The notes under the pieces were generated by a model. That model did not search any database. It was not told where the DNA came from and saw only the letters and a list, made by a program, of their open reading frames with translations. Shown one piece after another: positions 26,492 through 35,866 of a stretch of 64,000 nucleotides of DNA. This stretch comes from Acidimicrobiia bacterium (GTDB lineage: Bacteria > Actinomycetota > Acidimicrobiia > Spongiisociales > ZC4RG35): contig DATBKE010000116.1 of the NCBI GenBank assembly GCA_036556085.1, positions 2,209-66,208 of the forward strand, read 5' to 3'. A program made the position numbers and the translations under genes. Numbering within the stretch: position 1 is the stretch's first letter; every line of letters begins with the position of its first letter.

Positions 26492-27964
26492 GTGCGTCTC
26501 CGAAGCTCTCTCGGAATTCTCAGCCTCATCGTCCTGCTGGCGGCCGACCTCCCGCCCGGTGGCACGTTCACAGACGACAACGGCAACCCCCACGAGCCCA
26601 ATATCGAGGCGCTCTTCGCCGCCGGTATTACGTCGGGATGCGCTCACAGTCGCTTCTGTCCGAGCGAAGCCGTCACCCGCGGACAGATGGCTGCTTTTCT
26701 CAGCCGTGCCCTCTCGCTAGCTCACACCTCGACTAACCACTTCACGGATGACGAAGGCTCTCCCTACGAGGACTTCATCAATCGGCTGGCCCAGAGCGGA
26801 ATCACCACCGGATGCAACGCCACCAGCTTCTGTCCCAACCACCCGATCACCCGGGAGCAGATGGCGGCCTTCCTGGTCCGCGGCTACGGCTACGGGGAGG
26901 CGCCCATCGACCGATTTCTCGACGATGAGAACTCGGGCTTCGAAGACGAGATCAACCGCCTCGCCTCCGCCGGTATCACTACCGGCTGCGCGGCTGACCG
27001 CTTCTGTCCGACGGAGGCGGTTCTACGCGACCAGATGGCAACCTTCCTCGTTCGAGCCGAGAACCTCTCTCCCATCCCCGTATCAGCCCCGGCGGAGTGT
27101 CAAATCCTTCCGCCTAACAACATCTGGAACACCCGAGTCGACCAGGCACCGGTCCACGCCCGCTCGTCCCAGTACGTGTCGTCGATCGGGGCCAGCTCTC
27201 AGGTGCACGCCGACTTCGGATCGGGGGTCTGGCCTCCCGGATCGACCTCCCCCATCGGCATCCCGTTTGTCGCTGCCGACTCAAGCCCGGTGCCGATCGT
27301 CTATACGGCCTACGGCGACGAGAGCGACCCCGGACCCTTCCCCATCCCCCTGACCGCGCCGGTGGAAGGTGGACCCAGCTCCGATGGCGATCGCCATGTT
27401 CTCGCGCTCGACCAAACGGCTTGTCGTCTCTACGAGCTCTACCGGGCTTTCCCCCAGGCAACTGCCTGGGCTGCCGACTCGGGGGCGGCCTACGACCTCC
27501 GTTCCAACGCCCTTAGGCCAGCGGGTTGGACTTCGGCCGACGCCGCCGGGCTTCCGATCTTTCCCGGACTGGTTCGCTACGACGAAGTCGCTTCCGGCTT
27601 CATCGGGCATGCCATTAGGTTCACGGCTCCCCAGACGCAGCGCGCCTACGTGTGGCCGGCGCGGCACTTCGCCTCGTCCAACACTTCAACGAGCTTGCCG
27701 CCGATGGGCCAACGCTTCCGGCTCAAGGCGTCGTTCGATCACAGCGGATTTTCGCCCCAAGTGCAGGTCATCCTCACCGCGCTCAAGCAGTACGGGATGA
27801 TCCTGGCCGACAACGGATCCGCTTGGTACCTCTCCGGTGCCCCCGACTCTCGCTGGGACAACGACATTCTTCACGAGCTGGGAGCAATCCCCGGTTCGGC
27901 GTTCGAAGCCGTCGACGTGTCTGCCTGGCAAGTGGCCGCCGACTCAGGTGAGGTCGCGCCCTAG
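26492..27964 (+). CDS. secreted protein: three SLH-like repeats plus uncharacterised ~300-aa C-terminal domain
   Basis: Signal peptide MRLRSSLGILSLIVLLAADL. Three repeats of about 50 aa, F(T/L)DD..x..I..L...GIT(S/T)GC....FCP...(V/I)TR.QMA.FL.R. The C-terminal domain (GDRHVLALDQTACRLYELY...) is unrecognised. Confidence 0.8.
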   Translation: MRLRSSLGILSLIVLLAADLPPGGTFTDDNGNPHEPNIEALFAAGITSGCAHSRFCPSEAVTRGQMAAFLSRALSLAHTSTNHFTDDEGSPYEDFINRLAQSGITTGCNATSFCPNHPITREQMAAFLVRGYGYGEAPIDRFLDDENSGFEDEINRLASAGITTGCAADRFCPTEAVLRDQMATFLVRAENLSPIPVSAPAECQILPPNNIWNTRVDQAPVHARSSQYVSSIGASSQVHADFGSGVWPPGSTSPIGIPFVAADSSPVPIVYTAYGDESDPGPFPIPLTAPVEGGPSSDGDRHVLALDQTACRLYELYRAFPQATAWAADSGAAYDLRSNALRPAGWTSADAAGLPIFPGLVRYDEVASGFIGHAIRFTAPQTQRAYVWPARHFASSNTSTSLPPMGQRFRLKASFDHSGFSPQVQVILTALKQYGMILADNGSAWYLSGAPDSRWDNDILHELGAIPGSAFEAVDVSAWQVAADSGEVAP

Positions 27965-27983
27965 AGAGCTACGCTCCGCGTCC

Positions 27984-29960
27984 GTGAGCAGAGCGATTCG
28001 AAAGGTCCTCGTCGCCAATCGGGGCGAGATCGCCCGTCGCATCTTTCGCACCTGCCGGGCGATGGGGATCGCCACAGTGGCGGTCTTTTCCGACGCCGAT
28101 CGCCACTCGCCGTTCGTAGCCGAGGCCGATGAAGGTTTTGCCCTCGGAGGCAACACTCCAGCCGAGTCCTATCTCGATACGGAGAAGGTGCTGGAGGCGG
28201 CGCGTGTCACGGGAGCCGACGCGATCCATCCCGGATATGGCTTCCTGGCAGAGAACGGCAACTTCGCCGCCCGGGTAGTGAGCGCCGGTCTTACCTGGAT
28301 TGGCCCCAGTCCCCAAGCGATCACGACCATGGGCAGCAAGCTCGAATCGAAGCGGCTCGTGGAAGCAGCGGGAGTGTCGACGCTGCCCTCGGTTGACCTC
28401 ACCGGAATGAACGAAGCCGGGATTGCCCAGGCGGGTGAACAGATCGGCTATCCCCTCTTGGTCAAGGCCTCGGCAGGCGGTGGTGGCAAGGGGATGCGGA
28501 TCGTTCGCCGCCCATCAGACCTCGCGGAGGCGGTCGCCTCGGCCGGCAGGGAAGCGACGTCGGCGTTCGCAGACGGCACGGTCTTCATTGAGCGTTATTT
28601 GGACCGACCCCGTCACATCGAGATCCAAGTGATGGGTGATCGCCATGGTCAGATCAGCACCCTGTTCGAACGTGAGTGCTCGATCCAACGACGCCATCAG
28701 AAGATCGTCGAGGAGGCACCCTCGCCCGCTCTCGACGAACCAACCCGATCCCGCATGTGCGAGGCGGCCATAGCGGTCTGCAAAGCGGTCGACTACGAAG
28801 GGGCCGGCACGGTCGAGTTTCTCTTCGATGGAGGCGAGTTCTATTTCCTGGAGATGAACACTCGCCTGCAAGTGGAGCATCCGGTGACCGAGGAGATATG
28901 TGGCGTCGACCTCGTCCGCTGGCAGATCCTGGTTGCCGGCGGCGAACGGCTGGGGGAAGAACTGATGGAGCCGGCTCGCATAGGGCATGCAATCGAGGTC
29001 AGGCTTTATGCCGAGGACCCTATGCGTGACTTCTTGCCGGTCACCGGGACGATGGACCGCTTCGAGTTCTCGGAAGTGCTGGGGCTCCGGGTCGAGTCGG
29101 GAGTCGAGTCCGGCTCGGTCATGAGTCCGTTTTACGACCCACTGATCGCCAAGGTGATCGCCTGGGCGGAGACCCGTGAAGAAGCGGCATCGCTGCTGGC
29201 CCGCTCGCTCCAAACGGCCCGCATCCATGGACCGACCAACAACCGCGACCTGCTGGTCCGCATCCTCCGGCACCCGGAATTTCTCGAGGGGAAGACCGAC
29301 ACCGATTTTCTGGAACGCAACCCGCCGGCAGAGCTCGGAGTGCCCCTACCTACCCGGGAAGAGTGTGAGCTAGGGGCAATAGCCGCGGCTTTGGCGGCCG
29401 CCGCTGCCCGCCGGGATCACGCTGACCTGCTGCCCGCGATTCCTTCCGGCTGGCGGAACAATCCCTCGCAATTACAAACCGTCAGGTTTGCGCAGGGGGA
29501 CCGAGAGATCCATATCGGGTACCGATATGACGATATGGGGGTGACGGTCGAGGTCGACAGCCAGCCCCTCCACGGGATCGAAGTTCACGGGGTGAAGGTG
29601 GACCGCGTGGGGCTGTTGGTCAACGGTCACCTGCGCGGATTCACGGTCCATCGAGTGGGCGACGTGGTTCACGTCGATGGCCCGACCGGTTACATAAGAC
29701 TGCGGGAGATCCCGCGTTTTCCCGAGTCATCCATCGACGAAGAAGCTGGCTCTCTCCATGCCCCGATGCCCGGCAAGGTGATCAAGGTGCTGGTGGCTCT
29801 AGGCGAGACCGTCTCCGAAGGCCAGGCATTGTTGGTGCTGGAGGCGATGAAAATGGAGCACAGCCTGCGTGCCCCCCACGCCGGGATCGTAAGAGACATC
29901 CGAGCCGGTGAGGGGGAGCAAGTGGCGGCGGACCAGGTGCTGGTGGTCGTCGAGGCCTAG
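27984..29960 (+). CDS. acyl-CoA carboxylase alpha subunit (biotin carboxylase + BCCP), MCCase-alpha-like
   Basis: GTG 27984 gives VSRAIRKVLVANRGEIARRIFRTCRAMGI... ATP-grasp core and C-terminal biotinylation motif LEAMKMEH. The upstream part of the track ORF overlaps the SLH gene. Confidence 0.9.
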   Translation: MSRAIRKVLVANRGEIARRIFRTCRAMGIATVAVFSDADRHSPFVAEADEGFALGGNTPAESYLDTEKVLEAARVTGADAIHPGYGFLAENGNFAARVVSAGLTWIGPSPQAITTMGSKLESKRLVEAAGVSTLPSVDLTGMNEAGIAQAGEQIGYPLLVKASAGGGGKGMRIVRRPSDLAEAVASAGREATSAFADGTVFIERYLDRPRHIEIQVMGDRHGQISTLFERECSIQRRHQKIVEEAPSPALDEPTRSRMCEAAIAVCKAVDYEGAGTVEFLFDGGEFYFLEMNTRLQVEHPVTEEICGVDLVRWQILVAGGERLGEELMEPARIGHAIEVRLYAEDPMRDFLPVTGTMDRFEFSEVLGLRVESGVESGSVMSPFYDPLIAKVIAWAETREEAASLLARSLQTARIHGPTNNRDLLVRILRHPEFLEGKTDTDFLERNPPAELGVPLPTREECELGAIAAALAAAAARRDHADLLPAIPSGWRNNPSQLQTVRFAQGDREIHIGYRYDDMGVTVEVDSQPLHGIEVHGVKVDRVGLLVNGHLRGFTVHRVGDVVHVDGPTGYIRLREIPRFPESSIDEEAGSLHAPMPGKVIKVLVALGETVSEGQALLVLEAMKMEHSLRAPHAGIVRDIRAGEGEQVAADQVLVVVEA

Positions 29961-30613
29961 CCGGCCTGCACCACCCGAACGTCGCTGTAGCCGAGTCCCA
30001 GAAGGAAATTGGTGAGCACTTCGGCGGCGTTGGCCTCCGCCTCCTCGATGATGCCCGACACCCGGGCTTGCTCCACCAGCACGTCCTCCGCCACCTGCCG
30101 GGCATCGGTCTCCAGACGGGGATCGCCCTGGCGGAAGACTCCCGTCGATCGATCGAGCACCTGCGTGGCCTCGTTGTCTACGGCCACATATTGGATGTCC
30201 GCCGCCGGAAGGCGGACTACCACCTCCCCGGTCTCGAGGTCGACGTCGAATGAGGAGGCGTCGAGTGCCGAGAGGTCGACCCCCGCCCCAATCCGCGCCA
30301 CGGCCAGCAGAGTCAGAGAGTCGCCGGTCGCCCAATTGAGGATGCCGGAGTTGGTGCCCTTCTCGACGATGGTGTACTCGACGTATTCGACGGTGGTGAG
30401 GTTGGCGAGTTCCCGGATCGAGCGGATCACCACCGGACCGACTTCCTCGAACGGCTCGCCCTCGAAAGCGGTGGAGATGTCGTCCACCGTGGGGATGCGG
30501 TCGACGATGGCCCGAACGGCCAAGAACCCCGCCAGTAACAGGAGGATGGTCATCGCCACCAGCGCGTAGGGCCAGCGCGAAGCCTCCCTGACGATCGTGG
30601 GTCGCTCGTCCAT
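29957..30613 (-). CDS. DUF4230-like membrane-anchored protein
   Basis: 218 aa with N-terminal TM PYALVAMTILLLLAGFLAVRAIV. Size and layout match DUF4230. Confidence 0.6.
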   Translation of the reverse strand: MDERPTIVREASRWPYALVAMTILLLLAGFLAVRAIVDRIPTVDDISTAFEGEPFEEVGPVVIRSIRELANLTTVEYVEYTIVEKGTNSGILNWATGDSLTLLAVARIGAGVDLSALDASSFDVDLETGEVVVRLPAADIQYVAVDNEATQVLDRSTGVFRQGDPRLETDARQVAEDVLVEQARVSGIIEEAEANAAEVLTNFLLGLGYSDVRVVQAG

Positions 30614-30651
30614 CCGATCAAGGTACCCCAGACGAATAGTGTTGTCGGCGG

Positions 30652-31524
30652 ATGCAAGAACGAATTGGGTTCGTAGGGCTGGGGATCATGGGGCGGGGGA
30701 TGGTTGCCAACCTGGCGACCAAGGGGTATCGCCCGATGGTTTGGAATCGGACCCCGGGCAAAGCCGACGGTCTCAAGGTGGAAGAGGCTGACGATCTGGC
30801 CTCCCTCGCCAAAGGCAGCGACATCATCATCATCTGCGTTTCGGACACCCCGGATGTGGTGGAGGTTGTGTCGGGACTCACTGACGGACTCAGCGAGGGA
30901 CAGTTGATAATCGATCACTCCACCATCTCTCCGCTCGAGACCCGCCGGCTGGCTATGGGTCTGGTCGAGAGAAAAATCGATTGGCTCGACGCGCCGGTCA
31001 GCGGTGGCTCCGAGGGAGCAGAAAAAGGGACGCTGACCACCATGATCGGTGGCAGCGAAGCGGACGTAAAAAGAGCCCGCCCGATACTCGAGTGTTATTC
31101 GACCACCATCACCCACCTGGGACCGGTGGGAAGCGGCCAGCTCGCCAAGCTCGTGAATCAAATCCTCGTGGTCGGCAATCAGCTCGCCGCCTCAGAGGCA
31201 CTTCTCTTCGCCGAGGCGGCGGGGCTCGATCTGGCACGCACCCTTGATGCCGTCAAAGGCGGGGCGGCCGGATCCTGGATGCTGGCCAACCGCGGGCCGC
31301 AGATGATCACAGGAAATTGGGAGCCGGGATTCACGATTGATCTCCAGCAGAAGGACCTGCGTCTGGTCCTCGACACCGCCGACGAGATCGGCACTCCTCT
31401 GCCGGGCACAGCGCTCATCTTCCAGCTCTACCGAGCCCTGCAGCACTCCGGTCTGGGACAGGAGGGAAATCACGCTCTCATCAAGGCCCTGCGCCAGCTA
31501 GCGGGGGAGACCTCCCGTGCGTGA
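30652..31524 (+). CDS. NAD(P)-dependent 3-hydroxyisobutyrate dehydrogenase-like oxidoreductase
   Basis: 290 aa with IGFVGLGIMGRGMVANL and DAPVSGG motifs of the beta-hydroxyacid dehydrogenase family. Confidence 0.85.
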   Translation: MQERIGFVGLGIMGRGMVANLATKGYRPMVWNRTPGKADGLKVEEADDLASLAKGSDIIIICVSDTPDVVEVVSGLTDGLSEGQLIIDHSTISPLETRRLAMGLVERKIDWLDAPVSGGSEGAEKGTLTTMIGGSEADVKRARPILECYSTTITHLGPVGSGQLAKLVNQILVVGNQLAASEALLFAEAAGLDLARTLDAVKGGAAGSWMLANRGPQMITGNWEPGFTIDLQQKDLRLVLDTADEIGTPLPGTALIFQLYRALQHSGLGQEGNHALIKALRQLAGETSRA

Positions 31525-32293
31525 GATCCTCCTCGATCTGGTGGCCGAACAGGACGATCTCGATCGTCTGGTGGCGGGGTTGCGGGCCGAACAGTGGGAC
31601 TTACCCACCCCCGCCGAACCCTGGTCGATTCGCGACACGATTTCCCACTTGGCCTTCTTCGATGAGCGCCAGACCCAGGCGATTCTCGACCCGGAAGGTT
31701 TCGCTCGCGAGGTCAATCAGCGACTCATCGGCGACTACGACGAATACATGGCGATTGGTCTCGAACATGGCCGCTCGGTGGAGCCGCCGGAGGTGCTCGA
31801 GTGGTGGCGAAATGCCCGGGCCGAGGAGCTCACAGCTCTGTGGACGATGGCGCCCGAGCAGCAACTCCCCTGGTACGGGCCGCCGATGAAGGCCCGCTCA
31901 GCGGCGACCGCCCGCCTGATGGAAACTTGGGCCCACGGCCATGACGTCGCCCAGGCCCTTTCCTTCCAGAGGGCCCCTACCGACCGGCTATTTCACATCG
32001 CCGAGCTCGGGGTGAAGACCTTCTCCTGGAGCTTCATCAATCGAGGTCTCGAAGTTCCGTCACAACGGGTGCGGGTGGAGCTGAGCGGTCCGGCGGGTAA
32101 CACCAGGGTTTGGAATGCGGAGGCGGATGAATCGATCACCGGGCCGGTAGCCGACTTTTGCCTGGTGGTCGCCCAGCGCATCAACCACCGCGACACCGAC
32201 TTGAAGATCGAAGGTGAGGTCGCTCGCCGCTGGATGGAGATCGCTCAGGTGTTCGCCGGGCCTCCGGGACCGGGGAGACCTGCCACGTCCTGA
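31517..32293 (+). CDS. TIGR03084-type DinB/MDMPI_N-like metal-binding protein
   Basis: 258 aa: MREILLDLVAEQDDLDRLVAGL...WSIRDTISHLAFFDE. 8-nt overlap with the upstream gene. Confidence 0.7.
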   Translation: MREILLDLVAEQDDLDRLVAGLRAEQWDLPTPAEPWSIRDTISHLAFFDERQTQAILDPEGFAREVNQRLIGDYDEYMAIGLEHGRSVEPPEVLEWWRNARAEELTALWTMAPEQQLPWYGPPMKARSAATARLMETWAHGHDVAQALSFQRAPTDRLFHIAELGVKTFSWSFINRGLEVPSQRVRVELSGPAGNTRVWNAEADESITGPVADFCLVVAQRINHRDTDLKIEGEVARRWMEIAQVFAGPPGPGRPATS

Positions 32294-33210
32294 GTGGTTT
32301 CTTTCAAGAAGGAGGATCCTCCCGCCACCAGGCCGGCGATCAAAGGAATCCAGTAAGAGACGATCCGATAGATCAGCACCGGCGCCAGCGAGATCTCGGC
32401 GTCGAAGCCAAAGGCCGCCAGGGCTCCCACCAATCCGGCCTCGGCAAATCCCACTCCCCCGGGGGTCCCAGGAAGGCCACCCGCCAGCTGGCCCACCCCG
32501 AACGCCGCAGCGGTCTGCATCGGTGTGAGGTGGAGGTCGAAGGCCTGCATAACCAAGAAGAGGGCGAAGGCCTCCAGAGCCAGCCGTGACCAGAGAAGAA
32601 ACTGCGAGCGCCCGTCTGGAATGTGGCTTTCCATGGGAGGACCGAGACGATCGCGAAACCGGGGGGGAAGGCGGGTGGCGAGCAGGCCGATCAGCCTGGT
32701 TCCGAATAACAAGAGCAGGCCGATCGTGATGGCGATGATCCCCAAGACCCAGGTCCCCGCTTCGAGCGATTCATAAAGGCCGCGATTGATCACCCACAGC
32801 AACGCGAACCCGGTGCCCAGCAACAACCCGGCATAGTTGAGGACCGTGGCGCGCACGGCGGCACCCCCCGAAGCGCGCGCCTCCTTCCGAACCATCCACG
32901 ACATCGCCACCGGAGTGACCGCACCGCCCGCCGGGATCAACCGGGCGACACCTGCGCCCACCAAGGCCGCTTTCACGGCCGAGCTGGGGTGGAGATGCCC
33001 TCCCGTCTCGACGACCCCGTGCCGGAACTGGAGGCCGAAGGCCCAGAGGGCGGCGATCTGGCCTGCTGCGGCCACCAGCAGGAGGATGCCGGAGAGGATG
33101 TCAAAAGGAGGAATGTCGAGATTGGTCAGGGTGAGTACGAGGGCGGTCGCATACACCAAGGCTGTGACCGCGGCGATGGCGAATATGGTGCGGCGGCTAA
33201 GACGCCGCAT
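32245..33210 (-). CDS. flippase-like / lysylphosphatidylglycerol-synthase TM-region (UPF0104) membrane protein
   Basis: Start ATG 33210 (TAATG overlap with the plsY stop), MRRLSRRTIFAIAAVTALVYA..., polytopic with about 8 TM helices. The upstream part of the track ORF overlaps plsY. Confidence 0.7.
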   Translation of the reverse strand: MRRLSRRTIFAIAAVTALVYATALVLTLTNLDIPPFDILSGILLLVAAAGQIAALWAFGLQFRHGVVETGGHLHPSSAVKAALVGAGVARLIPAGGAVTPVAMSWMVRKEARASGGAAVRATVLNYAGLLLGTGFALLWVINRGLYESLEAGTWVLGIIAITIGLLLLFGTRLIGLLATRLPPRFRDRLGPPMESHIPDGRSQFLLWSRLALEAFALFLVMQAFDLHLTPMQTAAAFGVGQLAGGLPGTPGGVGFAEAGLVGALAAFGFDAEISLAPVLIYRIVSYWIPLIAGLVAGGSSFLKETTQDVAGLPGPGGPANT

Positions 33211-33851
33211 TAGAAGCGGACCGACTCCGTGGCTCTCGAGAGATGCTGCCCGTCGGTATCGAAGATTGCCCGATGAAGAGCGGCCCGCAATCCCGGCAAC
33301 CGGCCGGGGTTGCCCTGCATCCGGCGGCCGACCATCAGCAGGCTCAAACCCAAGCAGCCAAGAACCGACGCTGCTGGGCGTTGGAAGATAACGGCGAGGA
33401 CAGGTAATGAGGCCCAACCCAAGAATCCGCACAGCCCACCGCCAAACTTCCACCCGGCTACGGCCCAGCCCCCCGGCCAGACGATCAACGACGGGTCGAT
33501 TCCCAACAGGACCCCCGCCGATGGAGCCAGCCCGCGCCCCGAACGGCCGCGCATGAAGATCGACCAGTTGTGTCCGATGACGATGGCCAATCCAGAGACG
33601 GCGACCAATGCCGGCCCCAGCTGCTGCTCACGCATGAGCACCACCGGGATTAGGGCCTTGAAGCCGTCGAGAATGGCGGCGGCAAATCCGGCCTTCAAAC
33701 CCGCCACCCGGGTCAGGTTGCCGGCGCCGACGTTCCCGCTTCCTACTTTGCGGAGGTCAACGCCTAACGCTCTTCCGATCAGGAATGCAAACGGCACCGC
33801 CCCCAGCAGGTAAGAAACGACGGGTGTAAGCCATATGAGGGGGTGAGTCAT
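33210..33851 (-). CDS. plsY: glycerol-3-phosphate acyltransferase PlsY
   Basis: 213 aa: SYLLGAVPFAFLIGRALGVDLRKVGSGNVGAGN. Confidence 0.9.
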   Translation of the reverse strand: MTHPLIWLTPVVSYLLGAVPFAFLIGRALGVDLRKVGSGNVGAGNLTRVAGLKAGFAAAILDGFKALIPVVLMREQQLGPALVAVSGLAIVIGHNWSIFMRGRSGRGLAPSAGVLLGIDPSLIVWPGGWAVAGWKFGGGLCGFLGWASLPVLAVIFQRPAASVLGCLGLSLLMVGRRMQGNPGRLPGLRAALHRAIFDTDGQHLSRATESVRF

Positions 33852-34582
33852 GCCCAGCGAAAAGTTAACAGCAGGAAACTCGCCAGAAGCTCCCGAACCT
33901 CGTTGGGAGCCTCGGTGACCATCATGTGTCCCGCTCCATCTACGACCTCGAGTTGGGCTCCTCCAATGGCTGTCGCCAGGCGACGGACAGCATTGAGAGG
34001 CACCATGCGATCGAGCTTTCCAGCGATGACCAACGTAGGAACCTTGACGCTGGCGGCCGCCTCCGCTCCGCGCCCGTAAGCACCGGTGGCCCTGAGATCG
34101 ATCCCGAGATTGCCGAGCTCGGATTCGAGGAGTCGTCCGCTGACGATGGCAGGAGCGATGCCCGGGTCGGGATGCCCGCCCAGTCGGCCGATCGGGTCAT
34201 AGGACCATCCGACAATCATCGACACTGCCTTATCGAGGCGGTTGTCGGCCGCATCCTGTAACTCAGAGTTGACTTCGATCGAGGTCGAAGTACCAGTCAG
34301 AACCAGCCGCTCAACCAGATCGGGGCGGATCCGGGTCAGTTCCAGCGCGATGAGACCGCCCATGCTGTGACCGACCACAGCAGCCGCTCGATCGAACTTT
34401 CCTGCCACCCATTGGGCCATCTCCTCCACCGTCTCCAGCGGTTGGTCATGATCCTCCCCGTGCCCGGGAAGATCGAGGGCGACAACTTCGGGCCCACGGC
34501 TTCGGAGCCAGCGCGCTTGGTATCGCCACCTGGTGCGGTTCTCGCCCGCACCGTGGATGAGGACTACTAGCCCTGGCTCGAT
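33848..34582 (-). CDS. alpha/beta hydrolase (start codon unresolved)
   Basis: The canonical-start ORF is 33848-34429 (GTG) and contains the nucleophile elbow GHSMGG. Hand translation shows the same frame stays open upstream and encodes VVLIHGAGEN...VVALDLPGHG (oxyanion HG motif), with no ATG/GTG/TTG. The upper bound given here is ATC 34582. Confidence 0.75.
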   Translation of the reverse strand: MEPGLVVLIHGAGENRTRWRYQARWLRSRGPEVVALDLPGHGEDHDQPLETVEEMAQWVAGKFDRAAAVVGHSMGGLIALELTRIRPDLVERLVLTGTSTSIEVNSELQDAADNRLDKAVSMIVGWSYDPIGRLGGHPDPGIAPAIVSGRLLESELGNLGIDLRATGAYGRGAEAAASVKVPTLVIAGKLDRMVPLNAVRRLATAIGGAQLEVVDGAGHMMVTEAPNEVRELLASFLLLTFRWA

Positions 34583-35859
34583 CGAAGCCCCCGTCGGAGG
34601 TCGGCGATGAGATCGTCAGGACTCTCGAGTCCGACCGACATCCGCACCATGCCCGGATCGACCCCCGCCATGGCCAGACCCTCGGCATCGAGTTGTTGAT
34701 GAGTCGTGGAGGCCGGGTGAATCACCAAGGAACGGCTATCACCGACATTGGCCAGGTGCGAAAAGAGCCGAACGCTTTCGATAAAGCGGGCCCCTGCCTC
34801 CCGGCCTCCTTTGACCGTGAAAGCGAATACGGCTCCCGCTCCTCGTGGCAGCAACCGGTTGGCCACCTCATAGTCGGGATGATCGAGTCGCCCTGGATAG
34901 AGAACTCGCTCCACCTCGGGGGCGGCGGCGAGAAAGTCGACGATGCGGTGGCTGTTGGCGAGATGGCGATCCATCCTCGCCGGGAGGGACTCGATGCTCT
35001 GGAGGAGTCGGAACGCGGTTTCCGGGGCGAGACAGGCGCCGAAATCGCGCAGCCCCTCAGCTCGCGCCCTAGCGATGAAGGCGGCCGGACCGAACTCGTC
35101 GGTGAAGACCACGTCGTGATAGGGGGCATAAGGCTCGGTGAGTCCGGGGAAACGACCCGAGGACTTCCAATCGAAACGACCGGAATCGACCAGCACCCCG
35201 CCGATCACCGATCCGTTGCCAGCCAGAAACTTGGTCGCCGAGTGAATGACGAGATCGGCTCCATGGTCAAAGGGCCGGCATAAATAAGGTGTGGCGAAGG
35301 TGTTGTCGATCAGAAACGGTACTCCGGCCTCGTGGGCGATCTCAGCCACCCGGGGTTGATCGATGACGCTCATTCCGGGGTTACCGATCGTCTCGGCGAT
35401 CACGGCACCGGTCTCGGGGAGAATTGCCGCCTTGATCCCGTCGAGGTCATCACTGGGCACGAACGTGGTCGTGATCCCGAAGCGGGGAAGCGTGACCCGA
35501 AGCAGGTTGGCGGTGCCGCCGTAGACCGCCGCCGAGCAAACCAGATGCCCGCCGGCTCCAACCAAGGTCATTACGGCCAACGCCAGGGCAGCCTGGCCAC
35601 TGGCCGTCGCCACCGCCCCTACTCCTCCTTCGAGTGAAGCCATCCGCTCCTCAAAAGCCGCCACGGTGGGGTTGGAGATCCGGGAGTAGATGTGTCCCGG
35701 CCGCTCCAGGTTGAAAAGAGATGCGGCGTGTTCAGTGTCCTCGAAGACGAAGCCAGCCGTGAGGTAAATGGGCATCACCCGGGCTCCAGTAGCGGGGTCG
35801 GCCCTCACTCCGGCGTGGACGGCCCGGGTCTCAAAGCCCGGGTTTTCCGGCTGAGTCAT
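34567..35859 (-). CDS. metY: O-acetylhomoserine aminocarboxypropyltransferase (sulfhydrylase), PLP-dependent
   Basis: 430 aa: FETRAVHAG...YSRISNPTV...SATKF (PLP lysine). Confidence 0.9.
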   Translation of the reverse strand: MTQPENPGFETRAVHAGVRADPATGARVMPIYLTAGFVFEDTEHAASLFNLERPGHIYSRISNPTVAAFEERMASLEGGVGAVATASGQAALALAVMTLVGAGGHLVCSAAVYGGTANLLRVTLPRFGITTTFVPSDDLDGIKAAILPETGAVIAETIGNPGMSVIDQPRVAEIAHEAGVPFLIDNTFATPYLCRPFDHGADLVIHSATKFLAGNGSVIGGVLVDSGRFDWKSSGRFPGLTEPYAPYHDVVFTDEFGPAAFIARARAEGLRDFGACLAPETAFRLLQSIESLPARMDRHLANSHRIVDFLAAAPEVERVLYPGRLDHPDYEVANRLLPRGAGAVFAFTVKGGREAGARFIESVRLFSHLANVGDSRSLVIHPASTTHQQLDAEGLAMAGVDPGMVRMSVGLESPDDLIADLRRGLRSSQG

Positions 35860-35866
35860 TGCCGGC

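Noticed and set aside
27837-27983. 49-codon N-terminal extension of the biotin carboxylase ORF.
   Set aside because: It overlaps the 3' end of the SLH-protein gene. Biotin carboxylases begin with the (K/R)KVLVANRGEIA strand, which GTG 27984 supplies.
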